Below, piece by piece: positions 1-9,594 of a stretch of 64,000 nt of DNA; within the stretch, counting starts at the first letter, position 1, and each line of letters opens with the position of its first letter. Source of the stretch: Mycobacterium sp. (GTDB lineage Bacteria; Actinomycetota; Actinomycetes; Mycobacteriales; Mycobacteriaceae); contig DATFYT010000262.1 of NCBI GenBank assembly GCA_035314925.1, forward strand, positions 7,476 to 71,475, written 5' to 3'. Position numbers and translations under genes: made by a program. A model generated the notes under the pieces. It ran no database searches. It had not been told where the DNA came from and worked only from the letters and a program-made list of their open reading frames with translations.

Positions 1-1833
1 GTCGGAGAACGTTTGCCAGATCCCAACATAGGTTCCCGGCATCACGTCTCCGGGCTTGATGTTCCACGGCCGGGTGGACGTGGTGAACACGTAGTCCGGG
101 TGGTCAGCCACCACCTTGGCCATGGCCTTGGGCGCCCAGTCGCGGCACTCCGGGTATGGCGCGTTGTTGCCCATCACCAACGGCATCTGTTCGGTGGACA
201 GCGGGCAGCCCATCTTGAGGTATGTGGTCACCTTGAAGTGGTACCTGCGGCCGAGGATGTCCAGCGCGGTCAGCCAATGCTCGGCATGCGAACCGCCGGC
301 AAGCGCGATGGTGCGGGTGGCCTTCTTGTCGCCGTACGTGCATGCGATCACCGACGTGTTGGCAAAGTCGCCGATGCAGCCGTCGCGGGTGGACGGCGGA
401 TAGTCCGTCTGTGCTTCCAGCACGGTGGGCCGTGTCCGGAGCTTGGGCACGCGCACGTGTTTGACCAGGGCGCGGGCGCCGGGATAGTCGTGGGAATTGA
501 GCCCGGTCAGCTCCTTGCCGCTGGCACGTTCCACGTTGACATGCTCGACCCAGGTAAACGCCGTGGCAGTGAGCGTCACGCCCAGCATCGCCACCGTGGA
601 TCCGAGCACCATGGTGGGACGGCGCAGCCGGGCCCGCCACGGGATGACCCGAACGGACTCGGATCCGGCGGCCCCGCGGTGTCGCAGCGGCTCTTCGACG
701 AAACGGTTGGTCAGATAGGCCAGCACACCGGAGAACAGCAGCACCGCCGTGCCCTCGATGAAGTTGGCATGCCGGTGACCGGTGTACGCGAGCCAGAAGA
801 TCAGCAGCGGCCAGTGCCAGAGATACAGGGCGTAGGCCATCGCGCCGAGCTTGACCAACGGCTCGGCCGCCAGCAGCCGGTTGGGCAGCGGCAGCTTGTC
901 GCTAGTGCTCGGATGGGCGTATCGGTTGGCGCCGGCGAGGATGAACAGCACCGCTGCCCCGACGGGTACCAATGCCCACGGTCCGGGGAACTCCTTGACG
1001 CCGTCGATGAGCGCGCCGCAGGACAGCACCGCGGCCAGGGCGACGGTGGCCGTCACCGTGCGCAGCCACATCGGCCAGCGGATGTAGGGGACCAGCGCCC
1101 CGACGAGCGCGCCCAGCAGCAATTCCCAGGCCCGCGCGAAGCTGTTGTAGTAGGCGGTCGCCTGGTTGGCTTGGTGGGCAAAGATCGCGTAGACGAACGA
1201 CGCCACCGCAAGCGCGCTGAGCAGCAGGACGAACGTCGTCCGCAGCCGGTTGCCGAGACGGCGCCGGAACAGAAACGCGAACCCGAAAATCAGCGCCAAA
1301 AACGCGATGTAGAACTGCCCCTGCACCGACATCGACCAGATGTGCTGCAGCGGACTGACCGCCTCGCCGGCCCGTAGATAATCGGCCACCGTGCTGGCCA
1401 GCTCCCAGTTCTGGTAGTAACCGAGGCTGGCCAGGCTCTGGTCGGCGAAGGTCTCCCAGCGGGTCTCCGGCTGAACCAGGACGGTCAGCAGTGCGCACCC
1501 GGCCAGCACCACCACGAGAGCCGGTAGCAACCTGCGGACCAGACGAATCACTTCGGGCACCGGCGACAATGACCCGGTTCGACCTCCAGCCGGATTCAGC
1601 GCCGCGCGAAGCAATTTCCCGCCGAAGAAGAAGCCCGACAGCGCCAAGAACACGTCCACCCCACCGGAAACCCGGCCGAACCACACGTGGAACATCGCGA
1701 CCAGCGCGATGGCAATGCCGCGTAGCCCGTCGAGGTCGTGGCGGTAGAACCCTGCTTTCCGGTTTCCCATGGCGGACTGGGCGGATTCCGCGATGGTGGC
1801 GTCGGCCGGACGGGTCGGGGAGACGGTCAACAT
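1..1833 (-). CDS. Acyltransferase-3 family membrane acyltransferase (Rv1565c-like), 3' end runs off the window
   Basis: Manual translation from ATG 1833: MLTVSPTRP...GFYRHDLDGLRGIAIALVAMFHVWFGRVSGGVDVFLALSGFFFG. It is absent from the ORF track, consistent with no stop inside the window. Confidence 0.9.
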   Translation of the reverse strand, partial: MLTVSPTRPADATIAESAQSAMGNRKAGFYRHDLDGLRGIAIALVAMFHVWFGRVSGGVDVFLALSGFFFGGKLLRAALNPAGGRTGSLSPVPEVIRLVRRLLPALVVVLAGCALLTVLVQPETRWETFADQSLASLGYYQNWELASTVADYLRAGEAVSPLQHIWSMSVQGQFYIAFLALIFGFAFLFRRRLGNRLRTTFVLLLSALAVASFVYAIFAHQANQATAYYNSFARAWELLLGALVGALVPYIRWPMWLRTVTATVALAAVLSCGALIDGVKEFPGPWALVPVGAAVLFILAGANRYAHPSTSDKLPLPNRLLAAEPLVKLGAMAYALYLWHWPLLIFWLAYTGHRHANFIEGTAVLLFSGVLAYLTNRFVEEPLRHRGAAGSESVRVIPWRARLRRPTMVLGSTVAMLGVTLTATAFTWVEHVNVERASGKELTGLNSHDYPGARALVKHVRVPKLRTRPTVLEAQTDYPPSTRDGCIGDFANTSVIACTYGDKKATRTIALAGGSHAEHWLTALDILGRRYHFKVTTYLKMGCPLSTEQMPLVMGNNAPYPECRDWAPKAMAKVVADHPDYVFTTSTRPWNIKPGDVMPGTYVGIWQTFSD

Positions 1834-1903
1834 GATTGACAGACAATCTACCCAACCGGCCGACCGCCGACAGTGCGCTAACGGCGCGCCGGCGCCGTCC
1901 CGG

Positions 1904-2470
1904 TCAGGACTCGATGATTCGGGTCAAGTAGGGAACCATCCCGTTGGTGCGCGCCGCCGAGACCGTCACGCCGGGTTCGGTGGCCTCGATCATCTGGCCG
2001 CTGCCGAGGTACATCGCGACGCTTTGCGTGCCGCCGGGGCCGTAGCAGAGCAGGTCGCCGGGGCGCGCCTGTGACGGCGCAACTTTGCGGCCGACGTTGC
2101 ACTGCTCGCCCGAGGTCCGCGGCATCTTGAGCCCGGCGCCGGCATAGGCGTACTGGATCAGACCTGACGCGTCGAACCCGACGATGTTGGCTTTCAGTCC
2201 GGTCCCGCGGGTCGGGCCTGCGGCATTGCCGCCGCCGTAGAGAAACGGCACACCGCGCTGCGCGAGCGCGCGCTGAATCACGTAGGTGGTCGACTGCTGG
2301 TAGCCCACCAGGCTCGGACCCTGCACTGACTGTCCCGGCAGGGTCGAACCCTGCAGTGACGGTCCCGGCAGGGTCGGCCCCTGCGGGTCAGCGGTCGCGG
2401 AAGTCGGGTTCAGCATCGGTAGCGTCAGCAACAGGGCCAGGCTGATCGGGACTGCGTAGCTGCGTCTCAT
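1904..2470 (-). CDS. ripD: NlpC/P60 family non-catalytic peptidoglycan-binding protein, RipD-like
   Basis: Signal peptide; GFDASGLIQYAYAG (catalytic Cys replaced by Ala) and GTQSVAMYLG (His replaced by Ser), as in Rv1566c; syntenic position. Confidence 0.88.
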   Translation of the reverse strand: MRRSYAVPISLALLLTLPMLNPTSATADPQGPTLPGPSLQGSTLPGQSVQGPSLVGYQQSTTYVIQRALAQRGVPFLYGGGNAAGPTRGTGLKANIVGFDASGLIQYAYAGAGLKMPRTSGEQCNVGRKVAPSQARPGDLLCYGPGGTQSVAMYLGSGQMIEATEPGVTVSAARTNGMVPYLTRIIES

Positions 2471-2714
2471 GGGGATCACCTCTCTGTGGCGTCAGCGCGG
2501 TGACCTCGCGCATCTGCCGTCATTCCTGCCGGTTCACCACTGAGACTCATGCGCTGGCCCGCCCCGTTGGGAGCCGCACGTCGCCACCTGCCCCGGTGCC
2601 GCCGTGGACCCTCGGTGAACCGCTGAATTCACAACAGTCACTACGGACACTTTGGCAACAAATGGCCGCGATGGCCATACCGCAGGCGCTTCACGAGGGA
2701 TTTTTTGTCGTACC

Positions 2715-2732
2715 GTGACCGAACGGTGACCG
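2715..2732 (-). promoter_or_regulatory. Direct repeat GTCAC-N6-GTCAC upstream of ripD (possible MtrA/OmpR-type box)
   Basis: GTGACCG at 2715-2721 and 2726-2732, an 11-bp period. Confidence 0.4.
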
Positions 2733-2787
2733 CTTGTCGCCCGCCGCCTCAATCCTCAGCCGGCGGTTGTGATTTCGGTCTCATCGC

Positions 2788-3195
2788 TCAGTGCCAATAT
2801 TGGCTGCAATAGCCGGTCAATGCGTGGCCCACCACCGAGCTCAAGACGACGATCGCGATCGCCAGGAGTGGCCAGAAGTACAGGTACCAACCCTTCAGCA
2901 GGGACACCACCGGGCCGACCACGGCCGCCGCGATCGCCGCACCGATACCACCCCACGCCAGCGGGTAGATGTAGAAGTCGACGCCGTAGGGCACCGGTGG
3001 GCAATCGTCACCCGTGCAGACGTCCTTCACGAAGCCGAAGAGCCGCGATCCCCAGTCCGTCGCGGTGGCCGCGAGCAAGAGCGCCGCCAGCAGCGCGATG
3101 GCGCAGGTGACGTCCCAGGGCACGAGTCTTAGCCGCAGTACCGGTGGCGGGGAGTCGCGTTTGGACGGGTCGTCGAACTGTCGCGGCGCAGCCAT
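2788..3195 (-). CDS. Small membrane protein (Rv1567c-like)
   Basis: [25 protein letters not shown]...[12 protein letters not shown]...YWH resembles Rv1567c; hydrophobic segments; synteny. Confidence 0.8.
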   Translation of the reverse strand: MAAPRQFDDPSKRDSPPPVLRLRLVPWDVTCAIALLAALLLAATATDWGSRLFGFVKDVCTGDDCPPVPYGVDFYIYPLAWGGIGAAIAAAVVGPVVSLLKGWYLYFWPLLAIAIVVLSSVVGHALTGYCSQYWH

Positions 3196-3283
3196 GGTGG
3201 CTCAATGCTGCCGGATGGTCGGCGTTTCTGCGACCGAAGCCTTCGGCCCGCGCGCCGACCAAAGGCTTATACCCTCGTTCTCT

Positions 3284-4597
3284 ATGACTTCTGCGGCCGC
3301 AGGGACGTCTGGGCTCACCCCCGAGCAGATCAGCGCGATCGACGCGGCGCATCTCTGGCATCCCTATAGCACGATCGGCGCCGAGGCAGTGCCCCCAGTG
3401 GTCGCGGTCGGTGCCCGTGGCGCCCGGCTGACGCTGATTCACGACGGTGGGCCCGTCGAGGTACTCGACGCAATGAGCTCCTGGTGGACCGCCATTCACG
3501 GGCACGGTCACCCGGTCCTCGACGCGGCGATGGCCGCGCAGCTGGCGACGATGAACCACGTCATGTTCGGCGGACTGACCCACGAGCCTGCCGCGCGATT
3601 GGCGCAGCTGTTGGTCGACATCACGCCAACGGGGCTGGAAACGGTGTTCTTCAGCGACTCCGGATCGGTGTCGGTGGAGGTCGCGGTGAAGATGGCACTG
3701 CAGTACTGGCGCAGCCGCGGCCGAACCGACAAACACCGGTTGATGACCTGGCGCGGCGGCTATCACGGCGACACGTTCACCCCGATGAGCATCTGCGATC
3801 CCGACGGCGGCATGCACTCGCTGTGGACCGACATCCTGGCCCGGCAGGTGTTCGCGCCGCAGGTTCCGCGCGACTACGACGCCGCCTACGTGGCGGCGTT
3901 CGAGGCGCAGCTGGCCGGCCACGCCGACGAACTGGCGGCCGTCATCGTCGAGCCGGTGGTACAGGGCGCAGGGGGGATGCGCTTCCACGATCCCCGCTAC
4001 CTGGCCGACCTGCGGGAGATCTGCCGGCGGCACGACGTGTTGCTCGTGTTCGATGAGATCGCCACCGGGTTCGGCCGGACCGGCGAGCTGTTCGCCGCCG
4101 ACCACGCCGGCGTCAGCCCCGACATCATGTGCGTCGGCAAGGCACTCACCGGCGGATACCTCAGCCTGGCCGCGACGCTGTGCACCACCGACGTCGCGCA
4201 CACCATCAGCTCCGGCGAGGCCGGCGCGCTGATGCACGGGCCCACCTTCATGGCCAACCCGCTGGCCTGCGCCGTGTCGGCGGCCAGCGTGGAGTTGCTG
4301 CTCAGCCAAGACTGGCGGTCGTCGGTTGCGCAGATCAGCGCCGGGCTGGCGGCAGGTCTGGAACCTGCGCGGGCGTGGGCGTCGGTGACCGACGTGCGGG
4401 TGTGTGGGGCCATCGGCGTCATCGAGTGCGACCGCCCGGTCGACCTGGCGATTGCCACCCCGGCGGCCATCGAACATGGGGTGTGGCTACGGCCGTTCCG
4501 CAACCTGGTCTACGCGATGCCGCCGTTCATCTGTACACCGGACGAGATCGCGCAGGTCACCTCGGCGATGGTCGAGGTGGCACGAGTCGTAGGCTGA
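3284..4597 (+). CDS. bioA: Adenosylmethionine-8-amino-7-oxononanoate aminotransferase
   Basis: [24 protein letters not shown] and [10 protein letters not shown] (PLP lysine). Confidence 0.97.
   Translation: MTSAAAGTSGLTPEQISAIDAAHLWHPYSTIGAEAVPPVVAVGARGARLTLIHDGGPVEVLDAMSSWWTAIHGHGHPVLDAAMAAQLATMNHVMFGGLTHEPAARLAQLLVDITPTGLETVFFSDSGSVSVEVAVKMALQYWRSRGRTDKHRLMTWRGGYHGDTFTPMSICDPDGGMHSLWTDILARQVFAPQVPRDYDAAYVAAFEAQLAGHADELAAVIVEPVVQGAGGMRFHDPRYLADLREICRRHDVLLVFDEIATGFGRTGELFAADHAGVSPDIMCVGKALTGGYLSLAATLCTTDVAHTISSGEAGALMHGPTFMANPLACAVSAASVELLLSQDWRSSVAQISAGLAAGLEPARAWASVTDVRVCGAIGVIECDRPVDLAIATPAAIEHGVWLRPFRNLVYAMPPFICTPDEIAQVTSAMVEVARVVG
4544..4595 (+). repeat. 52-bp direct repeat, copy 1 (3' end of bioA)
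   Basis: gagatcgcgcaggtcacctc...cacgagtcgtaggct; 50/52 identical to 5863-5914. Confidence 0.95.
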
Positions 4598-4649
4598 AAC
4601 CGCAGTTCAGAGCCGTTTTGCCAGCCGGCTAATCGGAACGGCGCGATCA

Positions 4650-5513
4650 CTACTTGGCCAGGGTGAATTGGTTGACGTCGATGTAGCCGACCCGAAACAT
4701 CTTGGCGCAGCCAGTCAGGTATTTGATGTAGCGCTCGTAGACCTCTTCGGACTGGGTCTTGATGGCCTCGCTTTTATGCGTCTCCAGCGCCGCTGCCCAC
4801 AGGTCGAGGGTCCTGGCGTAGTGCGGCTGCAGCGACTGGCGGCCGGTCAGGGTGAAATCCGCCTTCGCCGAGTGCACCTCCACCATCTCGATCGTCGGCA
4901 GCCGGCCCCCGGGGAAGATTTCGGTCATGATGAACTTGCCAAAGCGGGCCAGCCACAACGTAATCGGCAAGCCGTGGTCGATCATCTGCTGTTTCGTCAA
5001 GCCGGTGATGGTGTGCAGCAGCATCACGCCGTCAGCCGGTAGCACGGAATGGGCCATCTTGAAGAAGTCGTCCCAGCGATCGTGGCCGAAGTGCTCGAAG
5101 GCGCCGATAGACACGATGCGGTCGACGGGCTCGTCGAACTGCTCCCAGCCGTTGAGCAACACCCGCGTGCTGCACGGGCTGTCCATCTCGTCGAACGACT
5201 TCTGCACGTGGGCGGCCTGGTTCTTGGACAACGTCAGGCCGACGACGTTGACGTCGTACTTCTCGACGGCCCGACGCATGGTGCCACCCCACCCGCAGCC
5301 GACGTCAAGCAACGTCATGCCCGGCTGCAGGCCCAGCTTGCCCAGCGCCAGGTCGATCTTCGCGAGCTGGGCCTCTTCCAGCGTCATGTCGTCGCGCTCG
5401 AAGTAGGCGCAGCTGTAGGTCTGGGTCGGGTCCAGGAACAGGCGGAAGAAGTCGTCGGATAGGTCATAGTGCGCCTGTACATCGGTGAAGTGCGGCGTCA
5501 GCTTATTGGCCAC
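4650..5513 (-). CDS. mmaA2: Mycolic acid cyclopropane synthase / methyltransferase, MmaA2-like (287 aa)
   Basis: LTPHFTDVQAHYDLSDDFFRLFLDPTQTYSCAYF, LDVGCGWG, QQMIDHGLPITLWLARF and GYIDVNQFTLAK; GTG start at 5513. It may be an extra paralogue rather than the resident mmaA2. Confidence 0.85.
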   Translation of the reverse strand: MANKLTPHFTDVQAHYDLSDDFFRLFLDPTQTYSCAYFERDDMTLEEAQLAKIDLALGKLGLQPGMTLLDVGCGWGGTMRRAVEKYDVNVVGLTLSKNQAAHVQKSFDEMDSPCSTRVLLNGWEQFDEPVDRIVSIGAFEHFGHDRWDDFFKMAHSVLPADGVMLLHTITGLTKQQMIDHGLPITLWLARFGKFIMTEIFPGGRLPTIEMVEVHSAKADFTLTGRQSLQPHYARTLDLWAAALETHKSEAIKTQSEEVYERYIKYLTGCAKMFRVGYIDVNQFTLAK

Positions 5514-5761
5514 AACGGCTTTGCCTGAACGTTCATCATTGAATTCGATTCCTTTGCTACACACAGCCTTGCCGCCGTCCTCCCTGTTAAACGCAAGTAA
5601 TTCGGAGTGACGCCGGCCACGGATGGGTCCGAGAATGGCCCCAATCAGAACCGTCCTTATCTCCTCGGATCCCGACCCACACAATCAACTCCCCATTGAG
5701 CGCGTATCTGGCACGCCTTCAGTTCAACGCGTCGAAAATCGCCCCTTACCTGCAAAAATTC

Positions 5762-5788
5762 TGGTACGCGATACCGGGATTGAACTAG
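5762..5788 (-). other. Degenerate tRNA 3'-end fragment (tRNA-Val-like T-loop + acceptor strand + CCA); att-site-like remnant
   Basis: Reverse complement ctagTTCAATCccggtatcgcgtACCA resembles the mycobacterial tRNA-Val 3' end ctggttcaatcccagtatcgcgcacca (recalled). No 5' half is present. Confidence 0.65.
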
Positions 5789-5862
5789 CTCAAGCGATTT
5801 GCTTTGGTCCCTTGCCGAACGTCAAGTTCATTGGGTCGTGACCCCCTGAATTGGGGGTAGCG

Positions 5863-5914
5863 GAGATCGCGCAGGTCACCTCCGCGGTGGTCGAGGTGGC
5901 ACGAGTCGTAGGCT
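5863..5914 (+). repeat. 52-bp direct repeat, copy 2 (duplicated bioA 3' end before bioF)
   Basis: 50/52 identical to 4544-4595; overlaps a 10-bp tandem duplication tcgtaggctc x2 at 5906-5925. Confidence 0.95.
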
Positions 5915-5932
5915 CTCGTAGGCTCTAGTGCG

Positions 5933-7081
5933 ATGACGCAGATCGATACTTCACCGCTGGCTTGGCTGGAGGCGGTGGAACAGCAGCGCCGGCAGGCCGG
6001 GCTGCGACGCGCGCTACGTCCGCGTCCGGCAGTGGCCACCGAACTCGACCTGGCGTCCAACGACTATTTGGGTCTGTCGCAGCACGCGCAAGTCATCGAA
6101 GGCGGAGTGGACGCGCTGCGCACCTGGGGTGCCGGCGCCACCGGTTCGCGGCTGGTCACCGGTAACACCCTGCTGCACGAGGAATTCGAATCCGCGCTCG
6201 CCGAATTCGTCGGCGCTGCAGCCGGTTTGGTATTCTCCTCCGGCTATGCCGCCAACCTTGGGGCGGTCGTCGGGTTGTCCGGCCCTGGCTCGCTGCTGGT
6301 GTCGGACGCCTACTCACACGCCTCGCTGGTCGACGGGTGCCGGCTTTCGCGCGCCCGGGTGGTGGTGACCCCGCATCGCGATGTCGACGCCGTGGACGCG
6401 GCGCTGGCGTCGCGCGACGAGGAGCGTGCTGTCGTCATCAGCGAGTCGGTGTTTTCCACCGACGGCGCGTTGGCTCCGGTGCGACGGCTGCACGAGGTAT
6501 GCCGCCGTCATCGGGCGCTGCTGATTGTCGACGAGGCCCACGGTCTGGGTGTGCGTGGCGCCGGTGGGCGCGGGCTGCTGCACGAGCTGGGGCTTGCCGG
6601 AGCGCCCGACGTGGTGATGACCACGACACTGTCCAAAGCGCTCGGCAGCCAGGGCGGCGCGGTGCTGGCGTCGGCGGCCGTGCGTGATCACCTGATCGAC
6701 GCGGCTCGACCGTTCATCTTCGACACCGGTCTGGCGCCGGCGGCGGTGGGCGCGGCGCTGGCCGCGCTGCGCGTGTTGAGCGCGGAGCCGTGGCGCCCCG
6801 AGGCGGTACTGCGGCACGCGGCCGCGCTGGCGCAGATCTGTGACGTAGCCGACGTGCCGCAGTCGGCGGTGGTGTCGGTGATCCTCGGCGAGCCGGAGGT
6901 GGCGCTGGCCGCGGCCACGGCCTGCCTGGATGCCGGGGTTCGGGTGGGCTGCTTCCGGCCACCGACTGTGCCGGCCGGTATGTCGCGGTTGCGGCTCACC
7001 GCGCGCGCCTCGCTGGATGCCGACGACCTCGAGTTGGCCCGGACCGTGCTGACCGACGTGCTTCACGCGGCACGGCGTTGA
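5933..7081 (+). CDS. bioF: 8-amino-7-oxononanoate synthase
   Basis: [26 protein letters not shown] and [11 protein letters not shown]. Confidence 0.97.
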   Translation: MTQIDTSPLAWLEAVEQQRRQAGLRRALRPRPAVATELDLASNDYLGLSQHAQVIEGGVDALRTWGAGATGSRLVTGNTLLHEEFESALAEFVGAAAGLVFSSGYAANLGAVVGLSGPGSLLVSDAYSHASLVDGCRLSRARVVVTPHRDVDAVDAALASRDEERAVVISESVFSTDGALAPVRRLHEVCRRHRALLIVDEAHGLGVRGAGGRGLLHELGLAGAPDVVMTTTLSKALGSQGGAVLASAAVRDHLIDAARPFIFDTGLAPAAVGAALAALRVLSAEPWRPEAVLRHAAALAQICDVADVPQSAVVSVILGEPEVALAAATACLDAGVRVGCFRPPTVPAGMSRLRLTARASLDADDLELARTVLTDVLHAARR

Positions 7082-7758
7082 CGGTCCTGATCGTCACCGG
7101 CACCGGAACCGGGGTTGGCAAGACCGTCGCGACTGCGGCCCTGACGTCGGCCGCGCGGCAGGCGGGGGTCGACGTCGCGGTGTGCAAACCGGTGCAAACC
7201 GGCACCGCCGCCGGTGACGACGACCTCGCTGAGGTGACCCGGTTATCGGGGCTGACCAAGGTGGTCGGGCTGGCACGGTACCCACAGCCGTTGGCGCCGT
7301 TGGCCGCTGCCGAGCAGGCCGGGACGTCGCTGCCCACCCGCAAGAACGTGCTGAAACTCATCCGCGCAATCGACCGCCCGGGACAGCTGACGCTGGTCGA
7401 GGGTGCCGGAGGCCTGCTGGTCGAACTCGCCGAGGAAGGCGTGACGTTGCGGGATCTCGCGACCGACCTGGGCGCCGCGGTGCTGGTGGTGGCCACCGCC
7501 GAGCTCGGCACTCTTAATCACACCGCGCTGACAGTGGAATCGCTTGTATCACAAGGAATTTCCTGCGCCGGGCTGGTGATCGGCACCTGGCCGGTGCAGC
7601 CGGGTGTGGTGGAGACCTCCAACCGCTCTGCCCTGGCACGCCTGGCGCCGCTGCGCGCCGCGCTGCCCGCCGGTGCGGGATGGATGGACGCGGGCGAGTT
7701 CGCCGCGATGAGCGCGCACGCCTTCGACCGAAAATGGGTCACCGCACTGGTCGCCTGA
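7078..7758 (+). CDS. bioD: Dethiobiotin synthetase
   Basis: [11 protein letters not shown]-loop, KPVQTG, VEGAGGL and LGTLNHT; TTGA overlap with bioF. Confidence 0.97.
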   Translation: MTVLIVTGTGTGVGKTVATAALTSAARQAGVDVAVCKPVQTGTAAGDDDLAEVTRLSGLTKVVGLARYPQPLAPLAAAEQAGTSLPTRKNVLKLIRAIDRPGQLTLVEGAGGLLVELAEEGVTLRDLATDLGAAVLVVATAELGTLNHTALTVESLVSQGISCAGLVIGTWPVQPGVVETSNRSALARLAPLRAALPAGAGWMDAGEFAAMSAHAFDRKWVTALVA

Positions 7759-8267
7759 TGGTTCATTCGATCGAGCTGCTCTTCGACCGCGACACCGAGG
7801 CGGCGATCCGTCACATCTGGGACGACCTGGCCAGCGCGGGCATTCCGAGCCAGGCGCCGGCCAGTCGTCCGCACGTGACGCTGGCGGTGGCCGAGCGGAT
7901 CGCGCCTGACGTCGACGCACTGCTGAGGCCGGTGGCGCAGCGACTGCCCTTGGCGTGCGCCGTCGGGGCGTCGCTGCTGTTCGGCAGATCCAACGCTGTG
8001 CTGGCCCGCCTCATCGTGCCGACCAGTGAGCTGCTGGAGTTACACGCCGAGGTGCACCGAATCTGCGGCCCGTATCTGGCGCCCGGGCCGATGCCGAACA
8101 GCCTGCCCGGTCAGTGGACGGCGCATGTCACGCTGGCCCGCCGAGTTGGGGGAGCTCAACTCGGCCGAGCCTTGCGTATCGCGGGTCGACCGTCAGAGAT
8201 TCACGGCGCCCTGGCCGGTTTGCGCCGCTGGGACGGCAGCAAACGCGTCGACTCCCTGATCAGCTGA
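7758..8267 (+). CDS. 2H phosphoesterase / 2'-5' RNA ligase family protein (Rv1571-like)
   Basis: Two HxT motifs (PHVTLA, AHVTLA); TGATG coupling to bioD. Confidence 0.85.
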   Translation: MVHSIELLFDRDTEAAIRHIWDDLASAGIPSQAPASRPHVTLAVAERIAPDVDALLRPVAQRLPLACAVGASLLFGRSNAVLARLIVPTSELLELHAEVHRICGPYLAPGPMPNSLPGQWTAHVTLARRVGGAQLGRALRIAGRPSEIHGALAGLRRWDGSKRVDSLIS

Positions 8268-8268
8268 C

Positions 8269-9456
8269 CTACTTACCGCTGCTGCCTGGACTGGCGCCAG
8301 TGCCCGCGGTGTAGGACGCCTTGCCGGTACCGGCCAACCCGCCGCCGGACACGATCAGGTATTCGTCACGGATGGGACGGTCGGCGAACCAGTCTTCGAG
8401 GATCTCGCGCGTTCCTGCGGCATAGCGGGCCTGGGCCGACAGCGTGGTTCCCGAGGTGTGCGGTGTCATCGCGTTGTGCGGCATGCTGCGCCACGGGTGG
8501 TCGGCTGGCGGTGGTTGCGGGTACCACACATCCCCGGCGTACCCGGCCAGCTGACCGCTCTTCAGCGCCGCCACGACCGCGTCGCGCACGCAGATCTCCG
8601 CGCGAGCGGTGTTGACGATGTAGGAGCCGTGCCGCATGGACGCCAACAGCTTCTCGTCGAACAGGTGATAGGTCTGTGGGTGCAGCGGAGCGTGGATGGA
8701 AACCACGTCGACCGCGCGCACCAGCGACGCGGCGTCGGGATGGTAGGTGACACCCAGTTCGTGTTCGACCTCCTCGGGCAGTCGGCGCGTGTCCGCGTAG
8801 TGCAGCCGGACGTCGAAGGGTGCCAGCCGGCGCAGCACCGCTTGGCCGATGCGGCCGGCGGCGATCACACCGACGTCCATGCCCTCCAGGTCGTAGGCGT
8901 GTTCGACGCAATCGGCGATATTCCAGCCTCCGTCGGTGACCCATTTGTGGGAGGGGACAAAATTGCGAACCAGCGTCAAGATCTGCATGACAGCGTGCTC
9001 GGCCACGCTGATGCTGTTGCAGTAGGTGACCTCGGCGACCGTGATCCCGCGGGCAATCGCGGCGTCGAGATCGACGTGGTCCGAACCGATCCCGGCAGTG
9101 AGGGCCAGCTTCAGATTGGGAGCTTTGGCGATCCGCTCGGCGGTCAAATACGCCGGCCAAAACGGTTGGGAGATCACAATATCGGCGTCGGGCAGTTCAC
9201 GCTCGAACTCCGAGTCCGGGCCGTCCTTGTCCGACGTCACGACTAGCTGGTGGTGGCCTTCTTCGAGGAATTTGCGCAAGCCCAGTGCACCGGACACGCA
9301 TCCCAGCAGCTCGCCGGGAGTGAAATCGATTTTCGACGGGGTCGGCAAGGTCTGGCCACCCGGGTACCCGTGTATCACCGGAATGCTGTCGCGGGCATAC
9401 ACCGGCGGATAACCAGTGACCGGATCCGGGTACAACACGAGCAGTACTTTGGCCAT
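8269..9456 (-). CDS. fdh: NAD-dependent formate dehydrogenase
   Basis: MAKVLLVLYPDP, PGELLGCVSGALGLRKFLE, ISQPFWPAYLT, AGIGSDH, AAGRIG, DVWYPQP and TPHTSG. Confidence 0.95.
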   Translation of the reverse strand: MAKVLLVLYPDPVTGYPPVYARDSIPVIHGYPGGQTLPTPSKIDFTPGELLGCVSGALGLRKFLEEGHHQLVVTSDKDGPDSEFERELPDADIVISQPFWPAYLTAERIAKAPNLKLALTAGIGSDHVDLDAAIARGITVAEVTYCNSISVAEHAVMQILTLVRNFVPSHKWVTDGGWNIADCVEHAYDLEGMDVGVIAAGRIGQAVLRRLAPFDVRLHYADTRRLPEEVEHELGVTYHPDAASLVRAVDVVSIHAPLHPQTYHLFDEKLLASMRHGSYIVNTARAEICVRDAVVAALKSGQLAGYAGDVWYPQPPPADHPWRSMPHNAMTPHTSGTTLSAQARYAAGTREILEDWFADRPIRDEYLIVSGGGLAGTGKASYTAGTGASPGSSGK

Positions 9457-9594
9457 GACATTCTCCTCTTTTGTTGACGCGCCGACTACCTGATGGGATC
9501 CAACCTAGACTTCACTGCCTCAATCACCAAGACGCAGTACGAACCGAAAATCATTGCAGCCCAGTAGATCACTGTGCGTCCCAGCTTCGGTGGT

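Noticed and set aside
13-1377. 454-aa plus-strand ORF and many similar long Arg/Gly-rich ORFs throughout the track
   Set aside because: These are antisense or off-frame shadows of well-supported genes, expected in high-GC DNA, and show no protein motifs.
5762-5788. Intact tRNA gene
   Set aside because: Only the 3' ~27 nt resemble a tRNA; no anticodon arm, D arm or 5' acceptor strand can be formed.
5820-5862. Insertion sequence terminal inverted repeat
   Set aside because: No transposase and no matching partner end was found at the other side of the insert.
9470-9590. Possible LysR-type site upstream of fdh (repeated aatca)
   Set aside because: The motif is too weak and no LysR gene is nearby.
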